Assembly (NCBI RefSeq): GCF_044704955.1
Contig: NW_027254533.1
Location: 1 to 64,000, forward strand
Direction of reading: 5' to 3'
Origin: Pristiophorus japonicus
Lineage: Eukaryota
DNA length: 64,000 nucleotides
The notes beneath the pieces were generated by a model. The model had not been told where the DNA came from, ran no database searches, and saw nothing but the letters and a program-made list of their open reading frames with translations. A program made the translations under genes and the position numbers. Of the stretch, positions 38,180 through 51,244 are shown piece by piece. Numbering within the stretch: the first letter of the stretch is position 1; each line of letters begins with the position of its first letter.

Positions 38180-41100
38180 ATAGAAACATAGAAACTAGGT
38201 GCAGGAGTAGGCCATTCGGCCCTTCTAGCCTGCGCCGCCATTCAATGAGTTCATGACTGAACATGCAACTTCAGTACTCCATTCCTGCCTTCTCGCCATA
38301 CCCCTTGATCCCCCTAGTAGTAAGGACTTCATCAAACTCCTTTTTGAATATATTTAGCGAATTGGCCTCAACAACTTTCTGTGATAGAGAATTCCACAGG
38401 TTCACCACTCACTGGGTGAGGAAGTTTCTCCTCATTTCGGTCCTAAATTGCTTACCCCTTATCCTCAGACTGTGTCCCCTGGTTCTGGACTTCCCAACAT
38501 TGGGAACATTCTCCGTGGATCTAACCTTTCTAAACCCATCAAAATTTTAAACGTTTCTATGAGGTCCCCTCTCATTTTTCTGAACTCCAGTGAATACAAG
38601 CCCAGTTGATCCAGTCTTTCTTGATAGGTCAGTCCCGCCATCCCGGGAATCGCCGCACTCCCTCAATAGCAAGAATGTCCTTCCTCAGGTTAGGAGATCA
38701 AAACTGTACACAATACTCCAGGTGTGGCCTCACCAAGGCCCTGTACAATTGTAGCAACACCTCCCTGCCCCTGTACTCAAATCCGCTCGCTATGAAGACC
38801 AACATGCCTTTTGCTTTCTTAACCGCCTGCTGTACCTGCATGACAACCTTCAATGACTGATGTACCATGACACCCAGGTCTCGTTGCACCTCCCATTTTC
38901 CTAATCTGTCACCATTCAGATAATAGTCTGTCTCTCTGTTTTTACCACCAAAGTGGATAACCTCACATTTATCCACATTATACCTCATCTGCATGCATTT
39001 GCCCACTCACATAACCTATCAAAGTCGCTCTGCAGCCTCCTGGCATCCTCCTCGCAGCTCACACTGCCACCCAACTTAGTGTTATCCGTAAATTTGGAGA
39101 TACTACATTTAATCCCATCGTCTAAATCATTAAGGTACAATGTAAACAGCTGGGGCCCTAGCACAGAACATTGCGGTACCCCACTAGTCAATGCCTGCCA
39201 TTCTGAAAAGTACCCATTTACTCCTACACTTTGCCTCCTGTCTCACAACCAGTTCTCAATCCATGTCAGCGCACTACCCCCAATCCCATGTGCTTTAACT
39301 TTGCACATTAACCTCTTGTGTGGGACCTTGTCGAAAGCCTTCTGAAAGTCCAAATATACCACATCAACTGGTTCTCCCTTGTGCACTCTACTGGAAACAT
39401 CCTCAAAAAATTCCAGAAGATTTGTCAAGCATGATTTCCCTTTCACAAATCCATGCTGACTTGGACCTATCATGTCACATCTTTCCAAATGCACTGCTAT
39501 GACATCCTTAATAATTGATTCCATCATTTTACCCACTACCGGTGTCAGGCTGACCGGTCTATAATTCCCTGTTGTCTCTCTCACTGCTTTTTTAAAAAGT
39601 GGGATTACATTGGCTACTCTCCACGCGATAGGAACTGATCCTGAGTCAATGGAATGTTGGAAAACGACTGTCAATGCATCCGCTATTTCCAAGGCAACCT
39701 CCTTAAGTAGGCTGGAATGCAGTGCATCAGGCCCTGGTGATTTATCGGCCTTCAATGCCATCAATTTCCCCAACACAATTTCCCGACTAATAAGAATTAA
39801 CTCAGTTCCTCCTCCTTACTAGACCCTCTGACCCCTTTTATATCCGGAAGGTTGTTTGTGTCCTCCTTAGTGAATGCCGAACCAAAGTACTTGTTCAACT
39901 GGTCCGCCATTTCTTTGTTCCCCGTTATGATTCCCCTGATTCTGACTGCAGGGGACCTACCTTTGTCTTTACTAACCTTTTTCCCTTACATATCTCTCGA
40001 AACTTTTGCAATCCATCTTAATGTTCTCTGCAAGCTTCTTCTCGTAATCCATTATCCTTGCCCTCATCAAACCCTTTGTCCTCCTCTGCTAAGTTCTAAA
40101 TTTCTCCCAGTCCCCGGGTTCGCTGCTATTTCTGGCCAATTTGTATGCCACTTCCCTGGCTTTAATACTATTCCCTGATTTCCCTTGATAGCCACGGTTG
40201 AGCCACCTTCCCTTTTTCATTTTTACGCCAGACAGCAATGTACAATTGTTGTCGTTCATCCATGCGGTCTCTAAATGTCTGCCATTGCCCATCCACAGTC
40301 AACCCCTTAAGTCTCATTCGCCAATCTATCTTTGCCAATTCACGCCTCATATCTTCAAAGTTAGCCTTCTTAAGTTCTGGACCATGGTCTCTGAATTAAC
40401 TGTTTCATTCTGCATCCTAATGCAGAATTCCACCATATTATGGTCACTCTTCCCCAAGGGGTCTCGCAAAACGAGATTGCTAATTAATGCTCTCTCATTA
40501 CACTACGCCCAGTCTAAGATGGACTCCCCCCTAGTTGGTTCCTCGACATATTGGTCTCGAAAACCATCCCTTATGCACCCCAGGAAATCCTCCTTCACCG
40601 TATTGCTTCAAGTTTGGTTCGCCCAATCTATGTGCATATTAAAGTCACCCATTATAACTGCTGCACCTTTAATGCTTGCACCGCTAATTTCCTGTTTGAT
40701 GCCCTCCCCGACATCACTACTACTGTTGTGAGGTCTGTACACAACTCCGACGAACGTTTTTTGCCCTTTGGTGTTCTGCAGCTCTACCCATATCGATTCC
40801 ACATCATCCAAGCTAATGGCCTTCCTAACTATTGCATTAATCTCCTCCTTAACCAGCAATGCTACCCCACCTCCATTTCCTTTTATTCTATCCTTCCTGA
40901 AAGTTGAATACCCCTGGATGTTGAGTTCCCAGCTCTGATCATCCTGGAGCCACGACTCTGTAATCCAAATCACATCATATTTGTTAAGAACTATTTGCAC
41001 AGTTAATTCATCCAACTTATTACGGATACTCCTTGCATTAAGACACAAAGCCTTCAGGCTTGTTTTTTTAACATCCTTATCCTTTTAGAATTTTGCTGTA

Positions 41101-41302
41101 CAGTGGCCCTTTTTGTTCTTTGCCTTGGGTTTCTCTGCCCTCCACTTTTCCTCATCTCCTTTCTGTCTTTTGCTTTTGTCTCCTTTTTGTTTCCCTCTGT
41201 CTCCCTGCATTGGTTCCCATCCCCCTGCCATATTAGTTTAACTCCTCCCCAACAGCACTAGCAAACACTCCCACTCGGGCATTGGTTCCGGTCCTGCCCA
41301 GG
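38180..41302 (-). mobile_element. CR1 LINE covering all of ORF2 plus the last codons of ORF1, disrupted
   Basis: Endonuclease CLNARSIRNKLDEL (40608-41048), RT (39243-39776), tail at 38180, ORF1/ORF2 junction at about 41235. Confidence 0.93.
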
Positions 41303-41515
41303 TAGGACAATAAAGTAGCTATAGGGAGGAGGAAACTTCAAACAATCAGTTTCACTAAAGAAAGATTATTGGGTAAAATAATAGTAATCTGGAAATCTCT
41401 CCCCCAACAGCTGTTGAGGCGGAGGATCAATTGAAAATGTCAAAACTGAGATTGATACATCTTTGTTAGGCAAGGGGTTACACAAATGAGGCGGATAGAT
41501 GATATTGAGGTATAG

Positions 41516-41724
41516 TATTGTGTTCCTAACACAGATGAGACTTCAGAGGAAGGTTAAAGTAACAGTGACCTCAGTCTTTATTAAGACAATCCAGAGTGAG
41601 TAACAGACCTTCGGGGCCAGCTTATATACAGTGCTCTCAAGGGATGCTGGGATCCCTTGGGTCTTCTGGGGATGCGCTCCCTGGTGGCGGAACATGGGAG
41701 TGCATGCTTTACAGATGCACAGCA
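41516..41724 (-). repeat. Gypsy 3' LTR
   Basis: Direct repeat of 45711-45921, preceded by the polypurine tract. Confidence 0.92.
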
Positions 41725-44700
41725 TCACTCCCCCTCAAAGTCAAAGTGAAAACTATTTACAAGGTAAGGCGGTCGGGAGCCTTTCTTTCCCTGGTGGACG
41801 GCCTTGATAAAAATGTCGGTTCTGGTGTGTTGGCTGCACCCTCGCTTGGCTGGTGTGTTGTTGGCCCTGCAGAGCTGCTGGGTGAGCCTGGCCTTGCTGG
41901 GCTGTTGGGCGTGATGGGTTCGATTTCCTGGTCCGGCGTGGCGTTGTTGATCCTTTTGGTGTGTGTTATGCGGTCGAAAAAGGTGGTGTCTGTTGTGGGT
42001 TGTTCAGGGCAGTCTATGAACCACAGCCTCGTGTGGTCCAAGTGCTTCTGCAAATTTGTCCATTGGCTAGTTTGAGTACAAACATCCTACTCCCTTCTTT
42101 AGCTATCACCCTGCCCGCGATCCACTTCGGACCATGTCCATAGTTTAGCACATACACAGGGTCATTCAGATCAATTTCCCCTGACACAGTGGCGCGACCA
42201 TCGTTTACATTTTGTTGCTGCCGCCTGCTCTCTACCTGGTCATGCAGGTTGTGGAGAACCAGTGAGAGTCTGGTTTTAAGTGTCCTTTTCATGAATAGCT
42301 CAGCCGGGGGAACCCCTGTGAGTGAGTGGGGTCACGTGCAGTAGCTGAGCAGCACTCGGGACAGGCGGGTTTCGAGTAAGCCTTCTGTGACTTGTTTGAG
42401 GCTCTATTTGATTGTTTGTACTGCCCGCTCTGCCTGCTCATTGGAGGATGGTTCAAACGGGGCGGAGGTTACATGTTTGATCCCATTGCGGGTCATGAAT
42501 TCTTTAAATTCGGCACTGGTGAAACATGGCCCGTTGTCACTGACCAGTATGTCAGGCTGGCCGTGGGCGGCAAACATGGCCCTCAGGCTTTCAATGATGG
42601 CGGTGGCGGTGCTTCCCGACATTACTTCACATTCAATCCATTTTGAAAAATCATCCACCACCACCAGGAACATTATACCGAGAAACGGGCCCGCATAGTC
42701 GACATGGATCCTCGATCATGGTCTGGAGGGCCAGGACTACAAATTTAGTGGTGCCTCTCTGGGCGTGTTGCTCAACTGAGCACGCATGCTGCATTGGCAT
42801 ACACAAGACTTCAAGTCAGAGTCGATACCGTGCCACCACACGTGGGATCTGGCTATCGCTTTCATCATTACTTTACCCGGTGGTGTGCTTTGGAGATCCG
42901 AGATGAACGTCTCCCTGCCCGTTTTGGGTAGCACTAGGTGGTTACTGCACAACAGGCAGTCTGCCTGAATGGACAGCTTGTCCTTTCACCGCTGGAACGG
43001 CTTGATTAGCTTTTGCATTTCAACGGGTTTGCTGGCCCAGCTCGCATGCAGTACACAGTTTTTTACTCGGGACAAAAGGGGTTCTTGGCTGATCCAAGTC
43101 CGAATCTGGTGGTCCGTGATCGGTGATTTATCATTTTCAAACGCTTCCATGCCCATCAACAAGTCTGCGGGCTGCGCCACCGTCAATAAGTTTGCAGGCT
43201 GCGCCATTTACACCCCCATGGTGGGCAATGGTAGCCAACTGAGAACAACTGCACAGTTATCGGTGCCTGGCCTGTGGCGGATGGTATAGTTATACGCTGA
43301 TAGTGCGAGTGCCCACCTTTGTATGCGGGATGAGACATTAGTATTTATCCCCTTGTTTTCAGTGTACAGGGATATGAGGGGCTTGTGATCGGTTTCTAGC
43401 TCAAATATGAGGCCAAATAGGTACTGACGCATTTTCTTTACCCCGAACACACACGTTAATGCGTTTTTATCAATCATTCTGTAGGCCCTCTCGGCCTTAG
43501 ACAAGCTCCTGGAGGCATAGGCGACAGGTTGCAACTTCTCCACATTGTTAGCTTGTTGTAATACACACTCGACTCTGTACGACGACGCATCACATGCTAG
43601 CACAAGTCTTTTACATGGGTTATGCAATACAAGCAGCTTGATGGAGCATAAAATATTTCTGGCTTTCTCAAAAGCAATACTTGTTTTTTTCCCCATAACC
43701 AGTTCTCACCTTTAGTCAATAACACATGTAGGGGCTCTAAGAGGATGCTTAACCCCGGTAGGAAGTAATCAAAATAGTTAAGGAGTCCCAGGTACGACCG
43801 CAGCTGAAGGACCTCCTCCAAGTTTTGTAGGTGCTCGATGGTGTCCCGACCTGTGACCAATATGTCGTCATGAAAAACCACCGTGCGTGGTACTGACTTG
43901 AGTAGGCTCTCCGTGTTTCTCTGGAAGATCGCTGCAGCCGACCGAGTTCCAAATGGGCATCTGTGTAGATGAACAATCCTTTTGCATGTTGATGCAGGTG
44001 AGGCCATTCGAAGACTCCTCCAGCTCTTGCATCATGTAGGCCGAAGTCAGGTCGAGCTTGGCCAACATCTTGCCTCCTGCCAGCGTCACAAATACGTCAT
44101 CTGCCTTAGGTAGTGGGTATTTGTCCTGTAGAGAGAAACGATTAATAGTTACTTTATAATCGCCACAAATCCAGACCGTGCCATCACTTTTGAGTACTGG
44201 AACAATCGGGCTGGCCCACTCGCTGAATTCTACTGGGGAGATGATGCCCTCGCGTTGCAGCTGTCCAGCTCGATTTCCATTCTGTCCCTCATCATGTGCA
44301 GTACCGCTCGCGCCTTGTGGTGAAAGTGTCGTGCCTCTGGGACCAAGTGGCACCTTCGCCCGGAAATGTTTCCAATGCCTGGCTCAAAAAGGAAGGACAT
44401 TTTTGAAGAACCTGTGATAGCGCTCGGAAGTCATCCCAGTTCCGGTGGATTTTGCCCAGTCAGCTCCTTCCAAGCAGTGTGGGGTCATCCCCCGGGACAT
44501 TCCAGAGTGGCAGTTCATGCACCGTGCCCTCGTAGGTGACGTTGACCATGGCGCTGCCCAGGACAGTGATACGCTATTTGGTGCAAGTTATCTGTTTCGT
44601 GTGGATGGGGCTTAGGGATGGTCTGAGTGCCTTGTTGCACCACAGTCTCTGAAACATCTTTTTACTCAAGGTAGATTGGCTAGCGCCAGTGTCCAGTTCA

Positions 44701-45710
44701 ATGGCTACGGGTAAGCAATTCTATTTTATATTTAGCATTATAGGTGGACATTTCATCAAAAATGTGTGAACCGAGTGTATTTCAGCATCTGCCTCCTCTC
44801 TCTGAGGCTCGAAATAGCTTTGATCCACCATGGACCGATCTTCCTCTGCCACGTGGTGGTTAGCACGTTTTGCCGAGCTTGCAGCTCATCTGCAAGCTCG
44901 TTGGAGGAGCTCCATTGTTCCACAGCTCTTGCTACCATACCCTTTGAAGCGGCATGAATAGGCTGAATGGAAGCCTCCACAAAGCCGTCAAGGTGGAATT
45001 GCCTTGCATTCATCCTTTGTTGCGGGCTCTGAGTCATCTGGGTCACCTGAGGCCTTCTGGCAGTTGCAGACTCGTGGGTTCTGCCCTGTACATTTCTGCT
45101 CGAAAACACAGTTCCAGTTAATTTATGAACATTGCTAGCACTTGTGTACTGAGAGATTTGTTTGCTGTTTTCACTGGTGGACATAAACGCCTGTGCTATT
45201 GCAGTGGCCTTAATGAGGGTAGGTGTCTCTACAGTCAAAATTTTCATAGGATGGTCTCGTGTCCAATACCCAGTACAAAAAATCTGAGCATTTGCTCCAG
45301 GTAGCCATTAAACTTACATTGTCCTGCAAGTTACCTTAGCTCAGCGACGCAGCTCGCCAATTCCTGACCTTCAGATCGCTGGCACATGTAGAACCGATAG
45401 CGCGCCATCAACACGCTCTCCCTCAGGTAAAGATGCTCCCAAACCAGTTTACAGTGCTCCTCATATGACATATCTGTGGGTTTCACCAGAGCCAGAAGAA
45501 ACTTCATGAGGCTGTAGGTCGGTGCCCCGCACACCATGAGGAGCACCGCTCTCCTTTTTCCAGTGCTTCCTTCTCCATCCAGCTCGTTGGCTACAAAGTA
45601 CTGGTCTAGCCGTGCGACATCCAATTCCCAGTCCTCACCATCCGAGAAATTCTCCAGGATGCCCACAGTTTGGTGCATCTTTGCGTTGGATTCGTATACT
45701 CGTCGCCAGT

Positions 45711-45921
45711 TATTGTGTTCCAAACACAGATGAGACTGCACACAGGGAGGTTAAATTAACAGTGACCTCAGTCTTTATTAAGACACTCCAGAATGATTAA
45801 CAGGCCTTAAAGGCCGGCTTATATACAGTGCTCTCAAGGGATGCTGGGATCCCTTGGGACTTCAGGGGATGCGCTGCGAGGTGTCGGAACATGGGAATGC
45901 ATGTTATACAGATACACAACA
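45711..45921 (-). repeat. Gypsy 5' LTR
   Basis: TGTTGTG...CACAATA on the minus strand with an internal AATAAA; direct repeat of 41516-41724. Confidence 0.92.
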
Positions 45922-46652
45922 TGCAGGTCATCCAAGAACTAATTGAATGGAGGAACAGGCTTGATGGACTGAAATTCATATTTCCTTCTGACACTCTTTA
46001 ACAAGGCATGATAAAGGCTCACTAATGATAGAAATGAAAAAACTACTTCACACCAACATTACAAATGATTCCCAAACACAAAAGAGCCCTTGGAATGCCA
46101 TTCTCCCGACCTTTCTCCTTGGATGGGGGCTGCAAGTGCTGCTTGTACATTTTCATCGCCCCAAAAATCACAAGACACCAGGATATTAATTGTATTTCGT
46201 TTCGATTCTAAAATCCTGAGTTGGATTTGTTATTCGTTTTGAGCCAGTGTAAGTTTCGTGTTGAGCTCTTGAACCTGGGGCAGAGTCATTTTTAGAACGG
46301 TGATAACGTTTGGGCACAAGGATCTTTAGTCGGGCGTAATGGAACAAGGGTTTTCGGGAGGAGCGCTATTCAGTTCGTAACACTATTGTGCATGAATGTA
46401 TTTAATGTTTTACGCCGGGTATTTGCTTCACAGCACATTAAAGGTGGCTCTGGATGTAAACACACAGAAAATTTGAAAGATTCTCCCGGGCACGTTGCCA
46501 ATCTGTTGTCCTTCCAATAACGATTTGTTTAAGCGACAGCGAGTGCTTGATATCTCAAAGGTGATTTATTCTTCTTGGGGGAATGAAGGCTGCATGCTGT
46601 TACCCTGATTGTGAAGATGAAGCTTGGCTTGATTTATATTTCTGCTTCACAG

Positions 46653-46942
46653 AATATATCCAATGCAGAAATCACTCTTCTGCAACCGTCAGTGGAACAG
46701 GTCTTACTTGAGACATTATCCTGTGTCGTGTCTAATGGTCCTTATGGAATCAAAGTATCCAGGACTCGAGAAAAGGAAACTTGGAAATCAAAGATTGCCG
46801 TCGAAACCGGCGAAGCTCCCAACAGTGTGATCAGCAACATAAACATCTCGAAACAAACCTGGCTAAGCGGTGTTGAGTTCTGCTCCGTGATGAGGCACCA
46901 TTATTATAGCGACTATAAGAGATTCCATCCACAAGGAAAAGG
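46653..46942 (+). pseudogene. IGHM: IgM heavy chain Cmu3 exon, defective
   Basis: Acceptor TTCACAG, then [51 protein letters not shown], recognisable as shark Cmu3. Lesions: Trp to Arg, YC to CS, a 3' frameshift before (R)DSIHKEK, and a donor reading ATGAG instead of GTGAG. Confidence 0.88.
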
Positions 46943-47427
46943 ATGAGCGGAGAAATTGTAGCAACAAGTGAGACGCTCTGACTATTTCCGTGCATGTGCT
47001 AATTGGCTCTATTAAGTGTGTTAATGGATTGCTCTGATAATTGAAATGGTAATTCCACTAAATAATCCGACTGGACCCGAAATTATGCACTTAAGTGGAA
47101 TCTGGATAAGTCCATGAGGGAAAAAGGGAAATATATTTTATTTGTGTTGGATAAAATTAGCTGGACGAGGCTCGTTTGGAGCATAAACAACGATAATGAC
47201 CAGTTGGGAAGAAAATGCTATGTTATTTTCCAGTCCGACTCCTAAAGGACCCAGAGAGAAGGATTGCATCCCCCTCTGCTCCGTGCTGCAAAGCCAGACA
47301 GGCCACAGAGGGGGAAAAGGGAATCCTTTAAAAATCAGCGCAAAGCACATTTCTCTCACATCTAACCACCGGTTCCTTTGTCTCTGGAATTATCCAGTTT
47401 ATTGACTTTTAAATAATTGTTCTGCAG

Positions 47428-47819
47428 CTAAAGATCCGCGGGAACCGGCCGTGTCTGTCCTCCTGCCCTCGGCAGAAGAAGTCTCCGTTCAAACTTTCTT
47501 TACCTTCAACTGCTTAATGAGAGGTTTATCCCCCCAAGAGATCTTCGTCAAATGGACCATCAATGACAAGCCGATAGATTCCGGCAACTACAAGAACACC
47601 GAGGTGATGGCGGAGAACGGCAGCAGCTCCTTCTTCATCTACAGCCTGCTATCCATTGCAGCCGAGGAGTGGGCCAGCGGCGCCTCTTACTCCTGTGTGA
47701 TGAGACATGAAGCGATCCCCTTCAAGATCAACAACAAAACCGTTAATAAGTCCAGTGGTAAACTGACTTTTGTGAACATTTCATTAAAGCTGGTAGATAC
47801 GGTGAATTCTTGTCAATGA
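47428..47819 (+). pseudogene. IGHM: IgM heavy chain Cmu4 exon plus secretory tailpiece (frame open)
   Basis: Acceptor TCTGCAG, then [49 protein letters not shown]|[20 protein letters not shown]. It has an internal donor G|GTAAA at 47758, an NIS sequon and the penultimate Cys typical of mu tailpieces. Confidence 0.95.
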
Positions 47820-47847
47820 GAATCTCTCGATTGCATTTAAATTCTTA

Positions 47848-47853
47848 AATAAA
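47848..47853 (+). terminator. Secretory-form polyadenylation signal AATAAA
   Basis: About 30 nt after the tailpiece stop codon. Confidence 0.75.
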
Positions 47854-48289
47854 ATACTGTAAAGGCCTTTTCTTCCAATTGCGAGTTAAATACATAGCCA
47901 CTCAATTAATATTGTTTTTCTACCCATTTTTCCGAATGCGGGAGGCTGCTAAACTGAAGCAGGCTATTTACAGGAGTCGGGTCCAAGGCTTGTACAGCCA
48001 AAGTTCCCAGCTCAGATAAACCACTGGTTGGAGACAGGGTGAAGCTCTTTCATGACAGCTTTCCTCAATGTAACTTCAGCAAATTTCCTCCCACTGGAGG
48101 AATCTTTAACGTTCCCATTTCCGACAAACAAATGCAGCCATTTAGATATTGGCGTCCCTGTTTCTCATGTTGTCCATCCCTTCAGAATTGAGGCCAGTTT
48201 TATTTTGAAGCTTCGCATCTTCTGGAAACTGAAAAGAGGGCCAGACACGTACATGAACTGCACCTCCCATTATCACACCAGAAAGAGAG

Positions 48290-48590
48290 GACAGGGAATG
48301 GTTAACCCACTGTCCCTTCAACTCGCCAGCAGAGAGAGGGGAAAGGATAATGGTTAACACCCTGTACCTCACACTCAACCACCAGAGATAGGGGAAGGAC
48401 AATCGTTAACCCAATGTACCTCACACTCAACCACCAGAGAGAGGGGAAACGACAAGTGTTAATCCAATGTACCTCACACTCAACCACCAGAGGGAGGGGA
48501 AAGGACAATTGTTAACCCAATGTACCTCAAACTCAACCACCAGAGAGATGGGAAAGGACAATTGTTAACCCAAAGTACCTCACACGCCCA
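48290..48590. repeat. About 53-bp minisatellite in the Cmu4-TM1 intron, 5-6 copies
   Basis: GTTAACCCAATGTACCTCACACTCAACCACCAGAGAGAGGGGAAAGGACAAT units. Confidence 0.9.
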
Positions 48591-49184
48591 CCATCCGGCC
48601 CCCGTCCCTTCCGCAGAGAGGGGAATTCAACCGATCTCTATTCTGTGAACTCAGTAGCAACCAGTAAAATGATAGATTTCAACTCGCTGTCAGAAAACGT
48701 TAAACTTGCCGAATATGCATCATATTGTATAATAAATTTTGTTCAACATTTTAGCTTTAACTAGTATTTGGCTAAATCTATATCAGTTATTCGTAAACTA
48801 ACTGATTGAATTTTAATAGTCAAAATGTAAACTAGTTATTCAATCCTCTGCAGGTTTTTCATGGTTATCTCCAAGATAGATCCGAGGCCCATCGTTGAAT
48901 TGTTGAAATCCATCAACTGACATCGCATTGCGTCTCACACGGAAACACTTTTACATAGAGCTGGCGAGAATGCCTGTAAACGTGCGTGTGTGTCTTTATG
49001 TGAACGTGTGTTCGTTGTTGTGTGTAAATTTGCGTGGTTTTGTGTAAGTGCACACTTCCATACAAACACACTCAGACTTACAAATAAACAAACAATCTTC
49101 ATACTAACACAGAATAATATAGGTATCCAGAATATAATGCACACTGTTATTGTCACACTCGGTTACTGGTACTCTCTGAAACTT

Positions 49185-49640
49185 TGAGTAAACATACACA
49201 GTCTTACACAAAGTACACAAACACACGCATTAACACACAGATTTACACACGCATAACCACACATATCAACACAAACACACATACACAAATCACACACACA
49301 GATACACACGCAGTTACACTCAAACTCACACAGTTGCACATAAAAACACAAACATAGACCTCAACATACAAAAACGCTTACATATACACATAAGGTACAT
49401 GCACATTGCTACACATAACACGCACACTTATATATGTAAATACACATATACAAAAACACACAAAGACTTACATATAAACATACACACACTTACATAAACA
49501 CTCGCACAATTATATATAACACACACAGTTACATATTAACATAAACATTAAAACACAAACACAGGGAAAACGAAAACAAGAGATCATGATCCACACATAT
49601 GCAAACAGTAAAGCGCACAAAACACATCAGGATATAAACA
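49185..49640. repeat. CA-rich low-complexity tract
   Basis: Degenerate (CA)n/(TACA)n. Confidence 0.8.
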
Positions 49641-50222
49641 TATGTGGAATTCAATGCACTTTTTATATCGGCACAGCATGGAACGATTGCACTGAATAAA
49701 AAATTCCTGAAAACATAATTCTCACTTTCTCAATTCCTACACTGAATCCATGTTCTTGTTGGAAACTGATACAAGTTAATTATGTTCAGAACACAGCCAT
49801 AACAAGTAAATAAACAATATTATAACTCACAACTGATCACTTACCTTGTCTCCTTGACAGTCTCCAAATAAGTAGCTATCTAAACCTATCGTTAAATTAT
49901 CGATATCAATCAGTAAACCTCCCTCGATCTTACATTATACTATTCCCGAATGGTAGAATGTAGAAAATTGATGCAAGATCAATTGAAGGCAACATTCATA
50001 TTTTCCAACAAGGACTATATGAGGATCATAAAGGAAGAATGACTGTGGAGGTAGGAACAGAGATAGATGGCCGAGAGTGATTAACATAACACAAGGTATA
50101 TATTGACAATTAAATTAGAGAACAAAATAATAATTCATGGAAAAGAAAAGAGAATATATGATCACATGATATCTTGGTTTCATAAGCGATCTCGATATAT
50201 TTCTATCTCTTCATCCCCGTAG

Positions 50223-50350
50223 ATTCCTCAGACCACATCTCGAGTGAAGACTATGAGGATGAGTGCGACAACATCTGGACAACCGCTTCCTAATTCATCA
50301 TCCTGTTCTTCCTGAGAATTTCCTACAGCGCTGCCGTCACTCTGATGAAA
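50223..50350 (+). pseudogene. IGHM: IgM transmembrane exon TM1, defective
   Basis: Acceptor CCCGTAG, then (D)SSDHISSEDYEDECDNIWTTAS*FIILFFLRISYSAAVTLMK (acidic spacer plus CART motif). A TAA lies at 50291-50293 and the donor reads GCGAG. Confidence 0.9.
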
Positions 50351-50488
50351 GCGAGAAGATTCAATCAATTCACATCGATCTGTTTGAAGCGGTTTGACAA
50401 ATCTCTGGATGTTTCATTGATAAAAACCTTGCGATAAATGCCCCATACCACTAGATCTTCACTTCACTCTTTAATACCTCTTTTACAG

Positions 50489-50497
50489 GTCAACTGA
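50489..50497 (+). pseudogene. IGHM: IgM TM2 exon (VN*, normally VK*)
   Basis: Acceptor CTCTTTTACAG|GTC AAC TGA, 138 nt after TM1. Confidence 0.7.
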
Positions 50498-51244
50498 ACG
50501 GTTGAATTTCGGATGCCGTGGATTTTCCTCTCTGTTTATTAACAACTCTGTGTCCTGAAAATAAATATGTCCATCGTCATTCTCAGAGTAAAATGCTTCA
50601 ATTAATAGTTCCGAATCTGTAGCTGAGAATATCATAACCGGGATTTCCATCTTTCTGTTTGAAATGTGTGAGATAATCGTGGCCATAATGTAAATATATC
50701 TCAGAGTTTCACCGTTGTTTGAATATTTCTTGGGGAAATAAGTCACTTTTCTAGTTCCTAATTCTCAATTATTCCCTTCCTTTTATGTTGATCCCTTATT
50801 TTCTCTCCCAGATGCCTGTTACATTTGTACAGATAGCCGGCCAGCTCAGACCACCGGTGTTGTGGTCTCAATGTGCTGTTATATTCACTTTGTGCTACAT
50901 TTTTGAAAAACTTCTCTACAAATTGTTCTTTGCGAAATTGTTAATAAATCTGGAATGGCGATTGGACTAAGTTGGAAATGTTGTTGAATTCCTTTCTCTG
51001 AGGCTCATCCGCACCGTTGCATATCCCATTACACTTTGTTTTATTTCCCTGACTGATATTTTTTACACATCCTGTTTTGGTTTTGTTTCAATCCAAATCC
51101 CTTCGGTTTAGGAGCCACTGTGCCACCCAGTGTCCCATCAGAATAAAGACACCTTTATCTCTGCCTTTGTAAGTCAAGTCCCAGAGTGCAATTGACAGCA
51201 CAGCGACACCGCAGTCCCTCTAACATTATGGTCTGTCACAGTAA

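Larger units (their letters stand above)
41516..45921 (-). mobile_element. Gypsy/Ty3 LTR retrotransposon, complete structure but decayed
   Basis: LTRs at 45921-45711 and 41724-41516; PBS TGGCGACGAG just inside the 5' LTR; PPT GAGGGGGAGTGA before the 3' LTR. Domain order is gag (45741-45331), protease ELDTGAS (about 44690), RT (WASPIVPVLK..ICGDYK), RNase H (LACDASS..ETDHKPL), integrase (LVSDNGPCF..AERAVQT). The TSD is degenerate (TATAG/TGCAG) and lies within a CR1 tail. Confidence 0.95.

Noticed and set aside
51079-51122. GGTTTTGTT ... CACTGTG resembling a J-type RSS
   Set aside because: The spacing is about 28 nt and no FGxG or WGxG J motif follows.
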